IMG/VR virus record: IMGVR_UViG_3300048591_000147
Span: 248,001-312,000 of that record
DNA length: 64,000 bases
Direction: 5' to 3' (one strand)
The notes below the pieces were generated by a model. It saw only the letters and a program-made list of their open reading frames with translations. It was not told the origin of the DNA and ran no database searches. A program made the position numbers and the translations under genes. Below are positions 28,753 through 38,389 of the stretch, one piece after another. How positions within the stretch are numbered: the stretch's first letter is position 1; each line of letters opens with the position of its first letter.

Positions 28753-29373
28753 ATGATAGAATACCCTTCGATTAGAAACACTGGAAAGTATAAAAGAATT
28801 CCAGTTATGTTGTTTGATAAAGTGGATGGGTCTAACATCCGCGCAAAGTGGACTCGTAAAGGTGGGTTCAAAACGTTTGGAACGCGAACACAGTTAGTCA
28901 ATGAAGACACTCCGTTTTGGGGTGACGTGATCACGCTCTTTAATGAAAGTTTAGCTGATAAATTGAACACCTATTTTAGTAAACTGAAGGCAGATAAACT
29001 GATAGTTTTTGGAGAGTTCTATGGCCATAACTCATTTGCTGGAAGACACGTCGATGAGGCGCATAGTATTGTACCATTTGACGTATATGACGAAAAAATA
29101 AAAGCGTTTATGCCTCCAGAGAAGTTCTACAACGAATTAGGCTCTATAGTTACCATTCCTAAAGTATGGGAGACTAATGTAGAGTTAAATGCTGAACTGA
29201 TTCAAAGTGTTAGATGCGGCTACTATGGGGTATTTGAGGGTGTCATCTGTAAGGGTTTACACCGTGATGGTTCCTTCTCTGGTGGTGTACCAATGTATAA
29301 AATTAAAACAACATCTTACCTTCAGAAATTAAAAGAAACATTCAAACATGACTGGGAGCGATACGCAGAATGA
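28753..29373 (+). CDS. RNA ligase-like nucleotidyltransferase
   Basis: KVDGSN motif I, FGEFYG, PFDV, EGVIC, YKIK. Confidence 0.8.
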   Translation: MIEYPSIRNTGKYKRIPVMLFDKVDGSNIRAKWTRKGGFKTFGTRTQLVNEDTPFWGDVITLFNESLADKLNTYFSKLKADKLIVFGEFYGHNSFAGRHVDEAHSIVPFDVYDEKIKAFMPPEKFYNELGSIVTIPKVWETNVELNAELIQSVRCGYYGVFEGVICKGLHRDGSFSGGVPMYKIKTTSYLQKLKETFKHDWERYAE

Positions 29374-29540
29374 AAACATACGCAGAGTATACATTTAGAA
29401 TATTACTGTTGGCAGTTTGGATTGCTGGAATTGTATTGGCCAAGGGTTTCTGGTCAACATTTTTTGCAATATTTTTTGCACCATATTCATGGTATCTTGT
29501 GATGGAGAGGGTGCTGACCATGAACGGGATCATTACTTGA
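29370..29540 (+). CDS. Small membrane protein (56 aa, not in ORF track)
   Basis: WIAGIVLAKGFWSTFFAIFFAPYSWYLV, two hydrophobic segments. Confidence 0.65.
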   Translation: MKTYAEYTFRILLLAVWIAGIVLAKGFWSTFFAIFFAPYSWYLVMERVLTMNGIIT

Positions 29541-29593
29541 CGATCACGCGAAATCGTGGGATCATATGTCATCAAATTAAAGGTTATACGAAC

Positions 29594-29848
29594 ATGACTG
29601 ACGCAGAACAGATGGAAAAGGTCTTAGTGGAGATGAGTAAGGGCTGGAAAAAATTTCTAGAGTCCTTCAATTCTTTTAAAAATCAAGAAATTTCAGAGGC
29701 TGCATTTCTGCTACAAGCATCATGCATAATTATGAACAATACCTATCTCTTCACTGATACGAGTGATGAGCCAACGGATATTATAGATCATCTTCCACCA
29801 GCACTTGAGATGGAAGTTAGTGATATGTTGGATGACGGAGCACTCTAA
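29594..29848 (+). CDS. Hypothetical protein
   Basis: Start moved to 29594 (AAGG RBS); the longer track ORF overlaps the membrane gene. Confidence 0.6.
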   Translation: MTDAEQMEKVLVEMSKGWKKFLESFNSFKNQEISEAAFLLQASCIIMNNTYLFTDTSDEPTDIIDHLPPALEMEVSDMLDDGAL

Positions 29849-30486
29849 TGGCTAATCTACCTGAAATCATTCGCAATGTTGATGGGTTATATGAAGGTGA
29901 TTTAAGACATTATTTTAAAGTGGTTCTAGAGTGTGCAAAAAACCTTAAGAATCCATACCATAATTTCCGTCACATGTTTCATGTAACGTGGTTGTGTTAT
30001 GATGCGTGTATCCATTATAACGAAGTCTTATCACCTAAACAAATGCGTAGATTGCTGATAGCCGCTATGTTCCATGACTTCGATCATGCTGGTAGAAGTG
30101 GAAATGACGATCTGAATATAGAAATCGCGATCAGAGGATTGAGAAAATACGCTCATCCTCAAGATGCCGATGATCTTGATGAGATTGAAAAATTGATTAG
30201 AACTACACAATTTCCGCATATCATCGCGGCGGATAAATTGAGTCTTTTGGGTGCTATCCTACGAGATGCCGACCTCAGTCAGGGCCTAAGTCCTGTGTGG
30301 GTGCAGGAAATCATCTTTGGGCTTTCGTCTGAAATGTGCGTTGATCCAATCGATGTATTCAAGATGCAGGCTGGATTCTTTTCGAATTTGAAGTTCCTGA
30401 CCGATTGGGCGCAACTCAAATTTCCAGAGTCCTTGGTGAAAGACAAGATTAAAGAAGCTCAGGATTATTTGGAGATTATCGGATGA
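29848..30486 (+). CDS. HD-fold phosphohydrolase resembling class I cyclic-nucleotide phosphodiesterase
   Basis: NPYHNFRH, FHDFDHAG, LIRTT, DADLS, QAGFF. Confidence 0.75.
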   Translation: MANLPEIIRNVDGLYEGDLRHYFKVVLECAKNLKNPYHNFRHMFHVTWLCYDACIHYNEVLSPKQMRRLLIAAMFHDFDHAGRSGNDDLNIEIAIRGLRKYAHPQDADDLDEIEKLIRTTQFPHIIAADKLSLLGAILRDADLSQGLSPVWVQEIIFGLSSEMCVDPIDVFKMQAGFFSNLKFLTDWAQLKFPESLVKDKIKEAQDYLEIIG

Positions 30487-30887
30487 ATGACGCATCAAAC
30501 ATGATTGGAAATTATGTAGCAGTTGTACACACTGCGAAACAATTGTTCAAATATAAGTTATATGAATGTGTGAGGATAGATCTGCTGGGGGATAAAAAGG
30601 AATCTTTGTACGTAATGCATGTGGCTCAACCAGAGTCAGATGCCTATGTATCAGTTCGCATATCGAGATATACAGGATATGTGAGTCCAGATACCAATAA
30701 GTTAGAAACAACACTGTATCCACATCTTGTGGCGCTCTTATCTCCATCTGAGATGTTAGGCGCGTATGATGAATACGGTTTCTCTAAAGAGGAAATACCA
30801 TTGATACTACAGCAGTTGACTGATACCGCATCCAGACAGATAGCCAAAACAGAGATTTTAGAAACTGAAGGCATTGTGTATATATGA
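30483..30887 (+). CDS. Hypothetical protein
   Basis: 134-aa ORF, ATGA overlaps on both sides. Confidence 0.6.
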   Translation: MNDASNMIGNYVAVVHTAKQLFKYKLYECVRIDLLGDKKESLYVMHVAQPESDAYVSVRISRYTGYVSPDTNKLETTLYPHLVALLSPSEMLGAYDEYGFSKEEIPLILQQLTDTASRQIAKTEILETEGIVYI

Positions 30888-31306
30888 AGCACACAACTTA
30901 TAACGTAATTTTGAAAGAAGCTGGCGTAAAGGATAGATTCGGAAGAATGTACCCACTTGACGAGTTGCAGAAGCTGTGCGATCATATAAACGAGAATACA
31001 CCGTTTGGCAAGATAGGCGCTGATGACGCAGGGGCGGCAGGAATAGAGTTAGAGAAAGTATCGCATTCGATAACAAACGCAATCATAAAAGATAACAAAT
31101 TGATGGTAACACTGAAAGTGCTACCCACACCACAGGGTGAGATTTTGTTAGATAAATTGAACAATTATGAAGAACGATCTGGTAATGGTGGACTTCTTGA
31201 TCGTGATCATGTTATGATGAATGGTGTTGGACATGTAGATGGTGATGGTACGGTAAAAAACTATTCATTACTTTCAATAAATGTAAAAGCTGATTTAGAA
31301 TCATAA
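30884..31306 (+). CDS. Degenerate prohead protease (gp21)-like protein
   Basis: AGVKDRFGRMYP...LEKVSHSIT...KVLPTPQGEIL; the catalytic His and Ser motifs are absent. Confidence 0.65.
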   Translation: MKHTTYNVILKEAGVKDRFGRMYPLDELQKLCDHINENTPFGKIGADDAGAAGIELEKVSHSITNAIIKDNKLMVTLKVLPTPQGEILLDKLNNYEERSGNGGLLDRDHVMMNGVGHVDGDGTVKNYSLLSINVKADLES

Positions 31307-31315
31307 ATAGATGTA

Positions 31316-31341
31316 CTGACCGATAGGAGTTATCGTCATGA
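31316..31341 (+). repeat. SD-in-loop hairpin leader, copy A
   Basis: CTGACCGATAGGAGTTATCGTCATGA. Confidence 0.8.
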
Positions 31342-32411
31342 GTAAAAATAATCAATACAATTACGCAGTATATATTGGAAGGTTTCAACCCTTTCACTTA
31401 GGTCACCTGAACACCATCAAGTCTGCACTGGAAATAAGTAAAAAGCTTATTGTAGTTCTCGGTTCAGCAAATTCCCCACGTACAATCAAATCACCATTCA
31501 CGGTCAACGAAAGAATCGAAATGATTCAGGCATGTCTGACTGGCGAAGAGTGTGATAAAATCACCTTCACTTCCGTAGAAGATCAGCTTTACAACAATGC
31601 TAATTGGGCTGCTTCGGTTTTAAAGACCGTTGGAGAGATCACAAATGGCGATACCTCAATCACATTACTTGGCGCGAAGAAAGATCAGAAGACAGAATCC
31701 TATATAAATTTCTTTAAGCAATGGGACTATACGGAAACAGCAATTCTGAATTCTGCTGGTGGGAAAAATATCGATGCAACAAAAGTTAGAGAATTGTATT
31801 TCTGCGGACACTTACAGTTTGTCAAATCTGCCGTGCCAGATGGAGTATATAATTTCTTAGAAAAGTTCCAAACTAAAGCAGAGTTCCACCCATTGTGCGC
31901 ACAGTACGATGATGCGGTAAACTACGATAAGAAGTTTGCGTCTTTTCCAAAAGAGTATTCATTGAATTTCGTCACCGTTGATGCGATTGTCGTTCAATCT
32001 GGGCATATTCTATTAATCAAGAGAAAGAAGAATCCGGGTAAAGACCTCTGGGCAGTGGTTGGCGGGCATGTTAATCCAGATGAAACACTGGAAGACGCTA
32101 TGATCAGAGAACTTAGAGAAGAGACTGGAATTAAAGTTCCAGAAAAAGTGTTAAGAGGATCGATTGTAGATCGTAAGATATTTGATCATCCTGATCGTTC
32201 ATTGCGTGGAAGGGTATTCATCAAAAACGGTAGAACTATTACTAGTTCTTATTGTATTAAATTAGATGATAACAATGACCTCCCCCGTGTTAGTGGATTG
32301 GACGATGCCGCTGATGCACATTGGTTCACTTTCTCTGAAGTAAGAAATATGAGAAATAAGTTGTTTGAGGATCACTACGATCAAATCTTGTACTTCCTCA
32401 ATCGGTTGTAA
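31338..32411 (+). CDS. nadM: Bifunctional NMN adenylyltransferase / ADP-ribose pyrophosphatase (NadM-Nudix)
   Basis: GRFQPFHLGH; Nudix box GGHVNPDETLEDAMIRELREETG; DDAADA. Confidence 0.95.
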   Translation: MSKNNQYNYAVYIGRFQPFHLGHLNTIKSALEISKKLIVVLGSANSPRTIKSPFTVNERIEMIQACLTGEECDKITFTSVEDQLYNNANWAASVLKTVGEITNGDTSITLLGAKKDQKTESYINFFKQWDYTETAILNSAGGKNIDATKVRELYFCGHLQFVKSAVPDGVYNFLEKFQTKAEFHPLCAQYDDAVNYDKKFASFPKEYSLNFVTVDAIVVQSGHILLIKRKKNPGKDLWAVVGGHVNPDETLEDAMIRELREETGIKVPEKVLRGSIVDRKIFDHPDRSLRGRVFIKNGRTITSSYCIKLDDNNDLPRVSGLDDAADAHWFTFSEVRNMRNKLFEDHYDQILYFLNRL

Positions 32412-32419
32412 AATAAAGT

Positions 32420-32445
32420 CTGACACATAGGAGTTATGGTCATGA
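32420..32445 (+). repeat. SD-in-loop hairpin leader, copy B
   Basis: CTGACACATAGGAGTTATGGTCATGA, identical to 34556-34581. Confidence 0.9.
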
Positions 32446-32789
32446 AAACATTGCAAGAAATTAAAGAAACTGTTAGTCAAATCCAATTTTCTAATTGGGA
32501 ATTCATCGTAAAAGAAAAGAACGATGTGCCGTATCTACAAATACAGTTCATGGGCGCCTGTAATAACACAGGGGACGTCGAGAGACAGTATTGTAGGAAG
32601 TGGCAACTGTCTTACTACATGGTAACCTCAGAGATCGTTAGAACAGCGTACAAGGCGGTTCTAGCCGCTGTCGAGCATGAGGCTAGTGAGAACTTTTATT
32701 ACAAGAGTGCTAGAATATTCGATCCGCATGTAGATGTTGAAGCGCTTGTGGAAGTTTCAAAGTCTGGTAGAATAGAAACTAGAAACTAA
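32442..32789 (+). CDS. Hypothetical phage protein
   Basis: RKWQLSYYM...SEIVRTAYKAV...EHE pattern; start set by SD spacing. Confidence 0.7.
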   Translation: MKTLQEIKETVSQIQFSNWEFIVKEKNDVPYLQIQFMGACNNTGDVERQYCRKWQLSYYMVTSEIVRTAYKAVLAAVEHEASENFYYKSARIFDPHVDVEALVEVSKSGRIETRN

Positions 32790-32829
32790 ACAATTAACAA
32801 CAATGCACAAACTATTGTCTAGAGAACAA

Positions 32830-33354
32830 TCATTTCACGATGAGCGGATGATCATCTTCTGTACATCCACCGTGTAATGTCTTTGCTTGATGACAATTGG
32901 CGCATAACAACTGTAGGTTGTCTGGGAAATTATTTTTAAACGCCCATGGATAAATGGAGCCTTTTCTATGATTATTATTAAATAATTCTTTTCGGTGCTG
33001 TGCACCATCGTTATCTACATGATCCAACTGCAAATATTTATGATTGTTTTGCCCGCAACAGGCACACTTATTACCATAACCATTTAGGCATGCTTGTCTC
33101 AAATTTTGATAATTTTGTTTTTGTTTTTTACCGTGTTTATACAAGCATGAGGCGCACATGGACTTTGTGTCTTCTTTAGGATTTATTAAACAATACCTAC
33201 AAATACCATTGGCGATAGCTTTATTTTTGGATTTTTCTTGATATGCTAAATGTGCTTTATGACAAGTACTACATCTGGTCTTTCCGATATCCCTTTCATT
33301 ACCACATCTAACACATTTCCCCAATTCTTTATATTTTTTATATAATTTATCCAT
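32830..33354 (-). mobile_element. Free-standing HNH homing endonuclease
   Basis: N-terminal CxxC repeats; CACCG...LQLDHVDN...LLCANCH. GGGAGA RBS and GATAAATA late promoter at 33373-33380. Confidence 0.85.
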
Positions 33355-33454
33355 AATATTTCTCCCATACATTATTTATCATGTGGTGAAAAATATTTGA
33401 AACAGTTGATATGATGTGATATGATGTATCATCATATTTAATTAGGTTCTTATT

Positions 33455-34087
33455 ATGAACAACGAATATAAAAAATATCCTCGAACTTTTCACCTACCTT
33501 GGAGTGAAGGTGCAACTAATGATGATAAAATATTAAAAAACGCTGCGCATTTCGAACAGAAGCGAATTATAGTATCTGTCAAGTATGACGGTGAAAATTT
33601 TTCTGGATATTATGATTACATGCATGCGCGTAGTATAGATTCTAAGCATCACCCTAGTAGGGATTGGATCAAAAAGTTTTGGTCAGAGAGGCAAAAAGAT
33701 CTTCCTATTGGATTTCGACTGTGCGGAGAGAATTTGTTTGCAAAGCATTCAATCGAATATAACGATTTGGAATCGTATTTTTATGGTTTCTCCATGTGGG
33801 ATGAGAGTAATACTTGTCTTTCTTGGGACGAGACTGTAGAATGGTTTCAGTTGCTCGGCGTCACCCCGGTGAAAGTTCTGTATGATGGTATCTATGATGA
33901 AAAACTTATCAAACAGTTGTTCGTGAATGACGGGACGATGGAAGGCTACGTGGTAAGACTGGCAGATGCTTTTCGCTATGAAGATTTTGCACAATCTGTA
34001 GCAAAATTCGTTCGTAAGGACCATGTAACTACGGGTACACACTGGATGCACGAAGAAATGGTGTCTAATAAACTAATGCGAGCATAA
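33455..34087 (+). CDS. RNA ligase family protein
   Basis: KYPRTFHLPWS, KYDGEN motif I, CGENL, EGYVVR, KFVR. Confidence 0.85.
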   Translation: MNNEYKKYPRTFHLPWSEGATNDDKILKNAAHFEQKRIIVSVKYDGENFSGYYDYMHARSIDSKHHPSRDWIKKFWSERQKDLPIGFRLCGENLFAKHSIEYNDLESYFYGFSMWDESNTCLSWDETVEWFQLLGVTPVKVLYDGIYDEKLIKQLFVNDGTMEGYVVRLADAFRYEDFAQSVAKFVRKDHVTTGTHWMHEEMVSNKLMRA

Positions 34088-34102
34088 TATTATGCTCGCA
34101 TT
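34075..34102 (+). terminator. 28-bp perfect palindrome / terminator
   Basis: AATGCGAGCATAATATTATGCTCGCATT followed by T residues. Confidence 0.75.
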
Positions 34103-34155
34103 TTTCCTAAAGATATTTAAAAGTAATATCACAACAATCCAAAAAGGTATCATTC

Positions 34156-34497
34156 ATGTCTAACAAAAAAACGAAACTAAAGCGCCCAGTATACGAATAC
34201 AAGATCGAGCATTGGTGTCGGAGAAACCAACATTCGGATGCCATTATGAATGAAAGATACCGCCTTTGTGTTAAAAGTAAGTTAGGCGCATTCAATGGTT
34301 ATTTTAACCGATGGGTATTTGTGGACTCTTGGGGAGCAACTTATGAAGGGGATTCTAAAAAAGAGGGGTTCATTTTTGGTTCCTTGGCTCTTGCTGAAGA
34401 TGCTTTAAGAAAGTTTGAAGACATTGAAAAGACCCGGTTCAATAGTTTAGATTACACTGTCGTATACATGGCAAACGCCGGTACGTTGCGCATCTAA
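34156..34497 (+). CDS. Hypothetical protein
   Basis: 113-aa ORF with AAGG RBS. Confidence 0.6.
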   Translation: MSNKKTKLKRPVYEYKIEHWCRRNQHSDAIMNERYRLCVKSKLGAFNGYFNRWVFVDSWGATYEGDSKKEGFIFGSLALAEDALRKFEDIEKTRFNSLDYTVVYMANAGTLRI

Positions 34498-34517
34498 AAA
34501 ACGCTTTGAAGATCATG

Positions 34518-34546
34518 TTGACAACCAACCACATAAATAGTATAGT
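34518..34546 (+). promoter_or_regulatory. Nested sigma70 and late promoter for nadV
   Basis: TTGACA-17-TATAGT, with CATAAATA (34532-34539) in the spacer. Confidence 0.8.
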
Positions 34547-34555
34547 ACAAACACA

Positions 34556-34581
34556 CTGACACATAGGAGTTATGGTCATGA
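34556..34581 (+). repeat. SD-in-loop hairpin leader, copy C
   Basis: CTGACACATAGGAGTTATGGTCATGA. Confidence 0.9.
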
Positions 34582-35984
34582 CAAATCTAAGAAACAATCT
34601 TATCCTCAATCTCGTGGATAGTTACAAAACCAGCCACTTTGGCTTTATGGAAACTGGCACCACAGAAATCTTCTCTTACATTGAGAGTCGCGCTGGTAGC
34701 GAGTACAAAGAAACATTATTCTTCGGTCTTCAGTATTTCTTAAAGGAATATATGCAGACTCCAATCACCATGGAAATGGTGGATCAGGCAGAAAAATTCC
34801 TAACAGCACATGGCGAACCGTTCAATAGAACGGGTTGGGAATATATCGTTAACAACCTTAAGGGTAAAATCCCACTTCAAGTCCGCGCAGTGCCAGAAGG
34901 CACCATTGTAACTGAAGGCAACGTATTAGTTACCTTTGTGAACACTGATCCCAATTGTGCGTGGGTTACCGGATATTTCGAAACAGCGTTTCTTCGCGCG
35001 GTGTGGTATCCGTCCACCGTTGCTACTCGTTCGTTTAATATTAAGCGAACCATTAGCAGTTATCTACAGCGCACCGGTTCTATTGAATCTCTACCATTCA
35101 AGATGATTGACTTTGGTGCACGAGGCGTTTCCAGCCTTGAATCAAGCATGCTAGGTGGTGCTGCGCATTTAGTTAATTTCTTAGGTACTGATAATATTTC
35201 GGGCATCATTTGTTCGATGGATTATTATTATTCCAAGGAAGTTACAGGATTTTCTATCCCTGCGAGTGAGCACAGTGTTACAACAGCATGGGGCAAGAAT
35301 CGGGAAGCAGATTTCTTTTCAAATGCCATTGACGTATATGGTGGTCCCGGAAAACTAATCTCATTGGTTGCAGACTCTTATAGTTTGGAAAACGCCATTA
35401 AAATTATTGGTACAACCTTAAAACAGAAGATTATTGATAATGGGTGCACTATCGTTGTTCGCCCTGATTCTGGTGATCCTGCCAGTATGGTGCTGGTTAC
35501 TGTTAGATTGTTGGACCAGTATTTTGGCTGTAATAAGAATGCTGCTGGATATAACGTGCTGCACAACTCGGTCAGAGTTATTCAAGGTGACGGAATCACC
35601 ATTGAATCCATTAAGGAAATTTTAGATCTTCTGGAAAAGAATGGATACAGTGCCGATAACGTTACTTTCGGATGTGGTGGCTATTTGCTCCAGCAATTGA
35701 ATCGTGATACACAACGATTTGCCATGAAAGCATCCTCAGTCGTAGTTGGTGGTGATCGCAGAAATATTTGTAAGACGCCTAAGACTGATATGTCCAAGCA
35801 GTCTAAATCTGGTCGCTTGGCATATGTCAAATTTATCGGTCAAGATATTAAGCGTACCATTACTGTCGAACAGTTTGATCCAACCATCCACGAAGATTTG
35901 ATGGAAACTGTTTACAGAGATGGTGAGATTTTGAAAGTGTATACGTTTGACGAAGTTAGGGCGAATGCAACCAAGAGTTTATAA
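34578..35984 (+). CDS. nadV: Nicotinamide phosphoribosyltransferase (Nampt/NadV)
   Basis: DSYKTSH, IDFGARG, PASEHS, SLVADSY, VVRPDSGD, IQGDG, GCGG. Confidence 0.95.
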   Translation: MTNLRNNLILNLVDSYKTSHFGFMETGTTEIFSYIESRAGSEYKETLFFGLQYFLKEYMQTPITMEMVDQAEKFLTAHGEPFNRTGWEYIVNNLKGKIPLQVRAVPEGTIVTEGNVLVTFVNTDPNCAWVTGYFETAFLRAVWYPSTVATRSFNIKRTISSYLQRTGSIESLPFKMIDFGARGVSSLESSMLGGAAHLVNFLGTDNISGIICSMDYYYSKEVTGFSIPASEHSVTTAWGKNREADFFSNAIDVYGGPGKLISLVADSYSLENAIKIIGTTLKQKIIDNGCTIVVRPDSGDPASMVLVTVRLLDQYFGCNKNAAGYNVLHNSVRVIQGDGITIESIKEILDLLEKNGYSADNVTFGCGGYLLQQLNRDTQRFAMKASSVVVGGDRRNICKTPKTDMSKQSKSGRLAYVKFIGQDIKRTITVEQFDPTIHEDLMETVYRDGEILKVYTFDEVRANATKSL

Positions 35985-36249
35985 TCTATCTGACGATAGT
36001 AGACCAGACGATTGTGTGTACATTGGAAGGGGTTCCCTATATGGGAACCCCTTTTTGCGTGGTGAGCACGGTACACGAAGCGAAGTTATTAAAAAATATA
36101 TTGAATACGTAGAGAGCGATCCAGTGTTAAAAGGTGAAGTCATTAAAAACCTAAAAGGAAAAAATCTAGTGTGTTTCTGCAAGCCCAAAGCATGTCACGG
36201 TGACTATCTGATACAAATTTGTAATATCATTGAAGAAATAGAATTCTAG
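35965..36249 (+). CDS. DUF4326 family protein
   Basis: YIGRGSLYGNPF...LKGKNLVCFCKPKACHGD. Confidence 0.85.
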   Translation: MQPRVYNLSDDSRPDDCVYIGRGSLYGNPFLRGEHGTRSEVIKKYIEYVESDPVLKGEVIKNLKGKNLVCFCKPKACHGDYLIQICNIIEEIEF

Positions 36250-36284
36250 GTTATATTGTTGAACTTATCATAAATATATGATAA

Positions 36285-36509
36285 ATGGGGATTAGTGTGG
36301 TTTATTCATTATTAAACACTTTAGATACAACTAAAATCAAAAGAAAAGAAAGCTTTGTCGAGTATGTTTTACATATTGATAAGGAAGATCATTCATTTCT
36401 AGTTCAAGAATCTTTTGCGGCGGATTTTGAGAAAGCATTCACAGAAAGTGACGTGCAGTCGTTTGAGAAGTTCATGGACCTTTTTGGTTCGACCATAATC
36501 CAGAAATAA
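36285..36509 (+). CDS. Hypothetical protein
   Basis: 74-aa ORF after a CATAAATA late promoter (36269). Confidence 0.55.
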   Translation: MGISVVYSLLNTLDTTKIKRKESFVEYVLHIDKEDHSFLVQESFAADFEKAFTESDVQSFEKFMDLFGSTIIQK

Positions 36510-36527
36510 TATAACTAGGAAAATAAA

Positions 36528-38222
36528 ATGACAATCGCAACCGATTTTGAAATACAAAATGATGGTGACATTAGATATATTGGCGCAGCCCACGGTGCAT
36601 CTGGTGCTGGCTATTATACTGTATTAGAACTACACAGGTGGTTACAGTCTTTAGCGGCAGATTCAAGCGCAAGCGGCGATGATTTCATGGATATTACCAG
36701 AAATACACCATCTGATAAATCATTCGATACTATCATAACGCTTATCAATGGATATAATATCGATGCTACCGCTGCTGAGCATCTATATGGCGGTTCCATT
36801 ATTCAATCTTCTGGTGGTGAGATCTATGACGGTGTGCAGGTTATCGCAAACATTGGATGTCACGTAGAAATTGTTCAAAACGGTGCAGTCATTGCAAGCG
36901 ATTTTTGGAATTCAATTCCATTTGGTGAAACTGAAAAAGGTTTGAATGCTGACGCTGCAAACGGTATATCTCACAGATTCATAGTTAGAGTTAGAACTGG
37001 TGCCGCTGATATTGATGCTAGAAAATTATTATTCCAGACTAGAGAATGGGGGAAGACCTTCTCAGAGTTTAAAATTAATGGTACAGGTCGTGGTGTCAAC
37101 GTTGTGCCATTGACGTACTCTGATGACTTAAACAACGCTACAGCGAGCCTTACAGTGGCTGGTTGGACTACAATCACTAATGTCACCGAAGGCTACAATG
37201 GTATCGATGTTAACAACGATTCCGTACTAGAATATTATTACAGCGAATGGGATAAAGATATCTATTCAATTAACCAATTCTATGAATACATGAAATATGT
37301 TTCCAGAAGAGGTACGGCAGAGACAATTTATGGTCTAAACGGTGAATTGTTTAGAGGCATAACACACGAAATAACAACAGATACACCTACCGGCACATTT
37401 GATCCGTTTGAGCCTGTTTCTTGGTCCGGTGGTACTGGTCAGATGTTGGCTATTAATTCACCAACAGCACCAACTAAAATGTGGATTCAACTGTTAACTG
37501 GCGTTGCTCCAACCAATAATCAAGTAATTACTGGTGGTACTAGTACCGCTACGTGTCAAGTGAATATCACTGTAGTGGAGCGCAGCTTAAGCTTTCCATT
37601 CTGCGGTGTATCAACTGGTTCAGCATTAATCGGCGCATTTGGATTTGGTGTGGAAGCTTCTGATCTAACAAACAATGACAAAGTATTCGATTTAACAAAC
37701 ACCTTGTATCAGGCACCAAACTATGTTACATTTACGGTTAATGGTCTTGTTATAGGTGAAGACACAGTCTTAGTAACTCCTAACGATACTGGCGCGATAG
37801 ATGTCAACCAGTTTACATTAGATGGTGCCCTAACAGGTGCCGCAGTTACAAGCGTTGTAGTTAATGAAGCTATACCCACTGACACGCCAGCAACTGGTAC
37901 GATACGAATCCAGAGAACTAGTGGTGGATATTCTAAACACGTATATAGCGCTTATAATGCTGGAACAAAAACTTTCACCATCGCTTCGTATGATTTTAGC
38001 GGAGTTGGTGCAGCAGATAATGCAAATACATATTTGTCATATATTGATAAAGTAGCTACTGCCACAAGCGAAAGTTTTACGGCTGTATATGCTGGTTCAG
38101 ATAGAAGTCTATATATACGAGTAAGAGATGGTGGAGTAACTCCTATTAAAACATTTGAATCAACTGGTACATTGGGTGCCGCTGGTGGCTCTGCTACAGC
38201 AGTTAGAACGTCGGATGCATAA
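36528..38222 (+). CDS. Virion structural protein (tail/appendage module)
   Basis: 564-aa G/T/A/S-rich all-beta composition, in a late-promoter operon. Confidence 0.6.
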   Translation: MTIATDFEIQNDGDIRYIGAAHGASGAGYYTVLELHRWLQSLAADSSASGDDFMDITRNTPSDKSFDTIITLINGYNIDATAAEHLYGGSIIQSSGGEIYDGVQVIANIGCHVEIVQNGAVIASDFWNSIPFGETEKGLNADAANGISHRFIVRVRTGAADIDARKLLFQTREWGKTFSEFKINGTGRGVNVVPLTYSDDLNNATASLTVAGWTTITNVTEGYNGIDVNNDSVLEYYYSEWDKDIYSINQFYEYMKYVSRRGTAETIYGLNGELFRGITHEITTDTPTGTFDPFEPVSWSGGTGQMLAINSPTAPTKMWIQLLTGVAPTNNQVITGGTSTATCQVNITVVERSLSFPFCGVSTGSALIGAFGFGVEASDLTNNDKVFDLTNTLYQAPNYVTFTVNGLVIGEDTVLVTPNDTGAIDVNQFTLDGALTGAAVTSVVVNEAIPTDTPATGTIRIQRTSGGYSKHVYSAYNAGTKTFTIASYDFSGVGAADNANTYLSYIDKVATATSESFTAVYAGSDRSLYIRVRDGGVTPIKTFESTGTLGAAGGSATAVRTSDA

Positions 38223-38224
38223 TT

Positions 38225-38386
38225 ATGAATCTACAAGAATTGATTGGCGAACTATTAACATTATCACAAGCATATCCACCAGAAACCATTGTTGCAATAC
38301 AAACTGTGGATTTTAAACATAACATATCCGCTGTAGAGGTAGAAAGCTTACCAACTGGGGTGGAAATTACACTGAGAGTACAGTAA
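38225..38386 (+). CDS. Small hypothetical protein (53 aa, not in ORF track)
   Basis: MNLQELIGELL...ITLRVQ fills the gap between two large genes. Confidence 0.5.
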   Translation: MNLQELIGELLTLSQAYPPETIVAIQTVDFKHNISAVEVESLPTGVEITLRVQ

Positions 38387-38389
38387 AAA

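Noticed and set aside
34075-34102. 28-bp perfect palindrome as an operator
   Set aside because: Its position at a gene end followed by T residues is fully explained by a terminator.
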